Assembly: GCF_988242995.1 (NCBI RefSeq)
Contig: NZ_OZ547043.1
Direction: 5' to 3' (one strand)
Length of the DNA stretch: 64,000 bases
The translations under genes and the position numbers were made by a program. A model generated the notes under the pieces. It saw only the letters and a list, made by a program, of their open reading frames with translations, was not told the origin of the DNA and ran no database searches. The stretch's first letter is position 1; every line of letters starts with the position of its first letter. This document shows positions 60,242 to 64,000 of the stretch, in pieces.

Positions 60242-60567
60242 ATACATTTTACCGGTTTTGGCAGGCCAGCAATTTTGGTGGCTTGCTTAGCCGGACCTTT
60301 CGGAAACAGTCGGTATAAATAGCGGCTGTTACCTTTTTCTTCGCCAAATTTATTCGCCATCGCTTTTACCAGCATACGAATCGCCGGAGAAGTATTGAAT
60401 TCCAGATAGAAATCACGCACAAAACGCACCACTTCCCAGTGTTCTGGCGACAGCGAAATCCCTTCGTTCTCTGCAATCACCACTGCCAGCGGCTCACTCC
60501 ACTGGCTGCTTTCTTTGAGATAGCCTTCGGTATCCGTTTCTATCTCTTTACCTTCGAAGATCAGCAT
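60238..60567 (-). CDS. tusE: Sulfur relay protein TusE (YccK), DsrC-like
   Basis: 109 aa from [12 protein letters not shown]; C-terminal ...PKPVKCI. Confidence 0.93.
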
Positions 60568-60657
60568 AATTATTACTACCTTAATCAGACTGGCGGCAGT
60601 GTAACAAAAAACAAAGCCCCGCATAAAGCGAGGCTATGAAAGTGTTAGCGGGTAAGA

Positions 60658-61317
60658 TTAATCGCGGCTGGCGAAGCCCAGAATGCTCAGCAGGCTGACG
60701 AAGATGTTGTACAGCGAAACATACAGGCTAACCGTGGCACGAATATAGTTCGTTTCACCGCCATGAATGATGTTGCTGGTTTCAAACAAAATAGCGCCAG
60801 AGGAGATCAGAATGAAGACCGCGCTGATCGCCAGATGCAGAGCAGGCAGTTGCAGGAAGATATTAGCAACCATACCAATCAGCACCACCACAATACCCGC
60901 CATCAGCATACCGCCGAGGAACGACATATCTTTGCGGGTGGTCAGCACATATGCAGAGCAGCAGAAGAACACTAACGCCGTTCCGCCCAGTGCCATAGCG
61001 ATTACGTCACCCATTCCGGCAGACAGATAGGTATTCAGAATTGGTCCGAGGATATAACCCAGAAAACCGGTAAAGGCGAATGCGGAGATAATCCCGGTCG
61101 GCTTATTCGCCGTTTTATAGGTCAGGAACATCAAACCATACATACCCACCAGCGTCAGAATCAGACCCGGAGATGGCAGCATCAGCACCGTACTGGCAGT
61201 TGCGGTAATCGCCGAAAAGGCCAGCGTCAGGCTCAGCAGAAAATAGGTATTACGCAGCACATTATGGGTGCTAAGCAGCGATGTACGGTCATGTGAAGAA
61301 CTAACAATACGATTCAT
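60658..61317 (-). CDS. yccA: FtsH modulator YccA (Bax inhibitor-1 family)
   Basis: 219 aa, seven predicted TM helices. Confidence 0.94.
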   Translation of the reverse strand: MNRIVSSSHDRTSLLSTHNVLRNTYFLLSLTLAFSAITATASTVLMLPSPGLILTLVGMYGLMFLTYKTANKPTGIISAFAFTGFLGYILGPILNTYLSAGMGDVIAMALGGTALVFFCCSAYVLTTRKDMSFLGGMLMAGIVVVLIGMVANIFLQLPALHLAISAVFILISSGAILFETSNIIHGGETNYIRATVSLYVSLYNIFVSLLSILGFASRD

Positions 61318-61523
61318 TGAGTCACTCTCTATGACAGATGTAATTAATTAAGCAGCATAATGATAATGCGTAAGGGCACCCAGAAGTTTTACCCATCTTT
61401 ACGCATTTGATCTGGAACAGGTTTAACAACGGATTATCAGGTCATTAAGCAAATATAACGCCCTGAGAATTTCGACAGGCAAAAGAAAAAGGGGTTAGCA
61501 GTTAGCTAACCCCTTATCTTATT

Positions 61524-61611
61524 TGGCGGAAGCGCAGAGATTCGAACTCTGGAACCCTTTCGGGTCGCCGGTTTTCAAGACCGGTGCCTTCAACCGCTCG
61601 GCCACACTTCC
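61524..61611 (-). tRNA. serT: tRNA-Ser (anticodon UGA)
   Basis: Minus strand reads GGAAGTGTGGCCGAGCGGTTGAAGGCACCGGTCTTGAAAACCGG...CGCTTCCGCCA: 88 nt, long variable arm, encoded CCA, anticodon loop CUUGAAA. Confidence 0.97.
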
Positions 61612-62036
61612 GGAATGACGCGCACTATAAACATCCCGATGCGGCGTGTAAACCCCTAATTTGTTTGTTTGCCTGAAAAACAGCCAAAAGCGCATTGATA
61701 GCGTGAAATAACAGCAGATTGATCATTTCATCACCATGAATTCCTTCTCTTTTACTCGTTTAGCAACCGGCTAAACATCCCCACCGCCCGGCCAAAGAAA
61801 AATAGGTCCATTTTTATCGCTAAAAGATAAATCCACACAGTTTGTATTGTTTTGTGCAAAAGTTTCACTACGCTTTATTAACAATACTTTCTGGCGACGT
61901 GCGCCAGTGCAGAAGGATGAGCTTTCGTTTTCAGCATCTCACGTGAAGCGATGGTTTGCCTTGCTACAGGGACGTCGCTTGCCGACCATAAGCGCCCGGT
62001 GTCCTGCCGGTGTCGCAAGGAGAAGAGACGTGCGAT

Positions 62037-63155
62037 ATGAATAACGAGGAAACATTTTACCAGGCCATGCGGCGTCAGGGCGTTACCCGGCGCAGCTTTC
62101 TCAAATATTGTAGTCTGGCTGCCACGTCGCTGGGATTAGGCGCGGGAATGGCACCAAAGATTGCCTGGGCGCTGGAGAACAAACCGCGCATTCCGGTGGT
62201 ATGGATCCACGGTCTGGAATGCACCTGCTGTACCGAATCTTTTATCCGCTCCGCTCACCCGCTGGCAAAGGACGTCATCCTTTCCCTGATTTCCCTCGAT
62301 TACGACGATACTTTGATGGCTGCCGCCGGAACCCAGGCGGAAGAAGTCTTTGAAGACATCATCACGCAATACAATGGCAAATATATCCTCGCAGTAGAAG
62401 GTAATCCGCCGCTGGGCGAGCAGGGGATGTTCTGTATCAGCAGCGGTCGACCGTTTATTGAGAAACTCAAACGTGCCGCTGCCGGAGCCAGCGCGATTAT
62501 CGCCTGGGGAACCTGCGCGTCCTGGGGCTGCGTGCAGGCCGCGCGACCCAATCCGACGCAGGCAACGCCTATCGACAAAGTCATCACCGACAAACCTATT
62601 ATCAAAGTACCTGGCTGCCCGCCGATCCCGGATGTGATGAGCGCCATCATTACTTACATGGTGACCTTTGATCGCTTGCCAGATGTCGACAGAATGGGCC
62701 GTCCACTGATGTTTTATGGTCAGCGTATCCACGATAAATGTTATCGCCGCGCTCACTTCGACGCCGGAGAGTTCGTCCAGAGTTGGGATGATGACGCTGC
62801 CCGCAAAGGTTACTGCCTGTACAAAATGGGTTGCAAAGGACCTACCACCTATAACGCCTGTTCCTCCACACGCTGGAATGATGGCGTTTCTTTCCCAATC
62901 CAGTCTGGTCACGGCTGCCTGGGCTGTGCGGAAAATGGTTTCTGGGATCGCGGTTCGTTCTACAGCCGCGTGGTCGATATTCCGCAAATGGGAACTCATT
63001 CCACCGCCGACACCGTCGGTTTAACCGCGCTTGGCGTGGTGGCAGCGGCTGTTGGTGTGCACGCAGTCGCCAGCGCCGTTGACCAGCGCAGACGTCATAA
63101 CCAGCAACCTACAGAAACCGAACATCAGCCAGGCAATGAGGATAAACAGGCATGA
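62037..63155 (+). CDS. hyaA: [NiFe] hydrogenase-1 small subunit HyaA
   Basis: 372 aa from [23 protein letters not shown] (Tat signal); FeS cysteine clusters; C-terminal TM anchor. Confidence 0.96.
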   Translation: MNNEETFYQAMRRQGVTRRSFLKYCSLAATSLGLGAGMAPKIAWALENKPRIPVVWIHGLECTCCTESFIRSAHPLAKDVILSLISLDYDDTLMAAAGTQAEEVFEDIITQYNGKYILAVEGNPPLGEQGMFCISSGRPFIEKLKRAAAGASAIIAWGTCASWGCVQAARPNPTQATPIDKVITDKPIIKVPGCPPIPDVMSAIITYMVTFDRLPDVDRMGRPLMFYGQRIHDKCYRRAHFDAGEFVQSWDDDAARKGYCLYKMGCKGPTTYNACSSTRWNDGVSFPIQSGHGCLGCAENGFWDRGSFYSRVVDIPQMGTHSTADTVGLTALGVVAAAVGVHAVASAVDQRRRHNQQPTETEHQPGNEDKQA

Positions 63156-64000
63156 GCACTCAGTACGAAACTCAGGGATACACCATCAATAATGCCGGAC
63201 GCCGCCTGGTGGTCGACCCGATTACGCGCATTGAAGGCCACATGCGCTGCGAAGTGAATATTAACGATCAGAATGTGATCACCAATGCCGTCTCCTGCGG
63301 CACCATGTTTCGCGGGCTGGAGATCATCCTGCAAGGGCGCGACCCGCGCGATGCGTGGGCGTTCGTTGAACGTATCTGCGGCGTCTGTACCGGCGTACAC
63401 GCTCTGGCTTCGGTTTACGCCATCGAAGATGCCATTGGTATTAAAGTGCCGGACAACGCTAATATCATCCGCAACATTATGCTGGCGACGCTCTGGTGCC
63501 ATGACCATCTGGTGCACTTTTATCAGCTTGCCGGGATGGACTGGATCGATGTGTTAGATGCGCTGAAAGCCGATCCGCGGAAAACCTCCGAACTGGCGCA
63601 AAGTCTCTCCTCATGGCCGAAATCATCCCCTGGCTATTTCTTCGACGTACAAAACCGCCTGAAGAAATTCGTTGAAGGCGGGCAGTTGGGGATCTTCCGC
63701 AATGGCTACTGGGGGCACCCGCAGTACAAACTGCCGCCAGAAGCCAACCTGATGGGCTTTGCCCACTATCTCGAAGCTCTCGATTTCCAGCGTGAAATTG
63801 TCAAAATCCACGCTGTCTTTGGCGGTAAAAACCCGCATCCAAACTGGATTGTCGGCGGGATGCCTTGCGCCATTAACATTGACGAAAGCGGCGCGGTCGG
63901 GGCGGTCAATCTGGAACGCCTGAACCTGGTGCAGTCGATTATCACCCGCACGGCGGATTTCATTAACAACGTGATGATCCCCGACGCCTTAGCCATTGGT
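63152..64000 (+). CDS. hyaB: [NiFe] hydrogenase-1 large subunit HyaB, 3' end cut by window edge
   Basis: ATG at 63152 overlapping hyaA stop; N-terminus [30 protein letters not shown] and Ni-binding [12 protein letters not shown]; open to end of window. Confidence 0.93.
   Translation, partial: MSTQYETQGYTINNAGRRLVVDPITRIEGHMRCEVNINDQNVITNAVSCGTMFRGLEIILQGRDPRDAWAFVERICGVCTGVHALASVYAIEDAIGIKVPDNANIIRNIMLATLWCHDHLVHFYQLAGMDWIDVLDALKADPRKTSELAQSLSSWPKSSPGYFFDVQNRLKKFVEGGQLGIFRNGYWGHPQYKLPPEANLMGFAHYLEALDFQREIVKIHAVFGGKNPHPNWIVGGMPCAINIDESGAVGAVNLERLNLVQSIITRTADFINNVMIPDALAIG

Noticed and set aside
61612-62036. Possible genomic island integrated at tRNA-Ser (serT)
   Set aside because: serT is followed directly by about 425 bp of promoter sequence and the hya operon. 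There is no integrase, no direct repeat of the tRNA 3' end, and no foreign gene block.
62136-62999. 287-aa ORF antisense to hyaA
   Set aside because: It is wholly within hyaA on the opposite strand and is a frame artefact.

Overview
This window is an Escherichia coli chromosomal segment, co-linear with the K-12 map from ycaI to hyaB (b0913 to b0973 as I recall it). Gene order, read from the translations: ycaI(partial)-msbA-lpxK-ycaQ-ycaR-kdsB-ycbJ-elyC-[IS4]-cmoM(smtA)-mukFEB-ldtD-mepK-gloC-aspC-ompF-asnS-pncB-pepN-ssuBCDAE-pyrD-zapC-ycbX-rlmL-uup-pqiABC-rmf-fabA-ycbZ-matP-ompA-sulA-sxy-yccS-yccF-helD-mgsA-yccT-yccU-hspQ-rlmI-yccX-tusE-yccA-serT-hyaA-hyaB(partial). Almost all of it is conserved housekeeping and envelope core genome, and every gene appears intact. 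I found no CRISPR array, prophage, defence island, toxin-antitoxin pair or unexplained multi-gene cluster, and I do not think the window holds an undescribed system. Four things differ from the K-12 arrangement as I remember it: (1) a complete IS4 with 18-bp inverted repeats and an 11-bp target duplication sits 10 bp upstream of the elyC start codon; (2) the elf (ycbQRSTUVF) fimbrial operon is absent between ssuE and pyrD; (3) OmpF and (4) OmpA carry changes confined to surface loops. All comparisons to K-12 are from memory, not from an alignment, and need checking. Coordinates of regulatory sites and terminators are approximate to a few bp.
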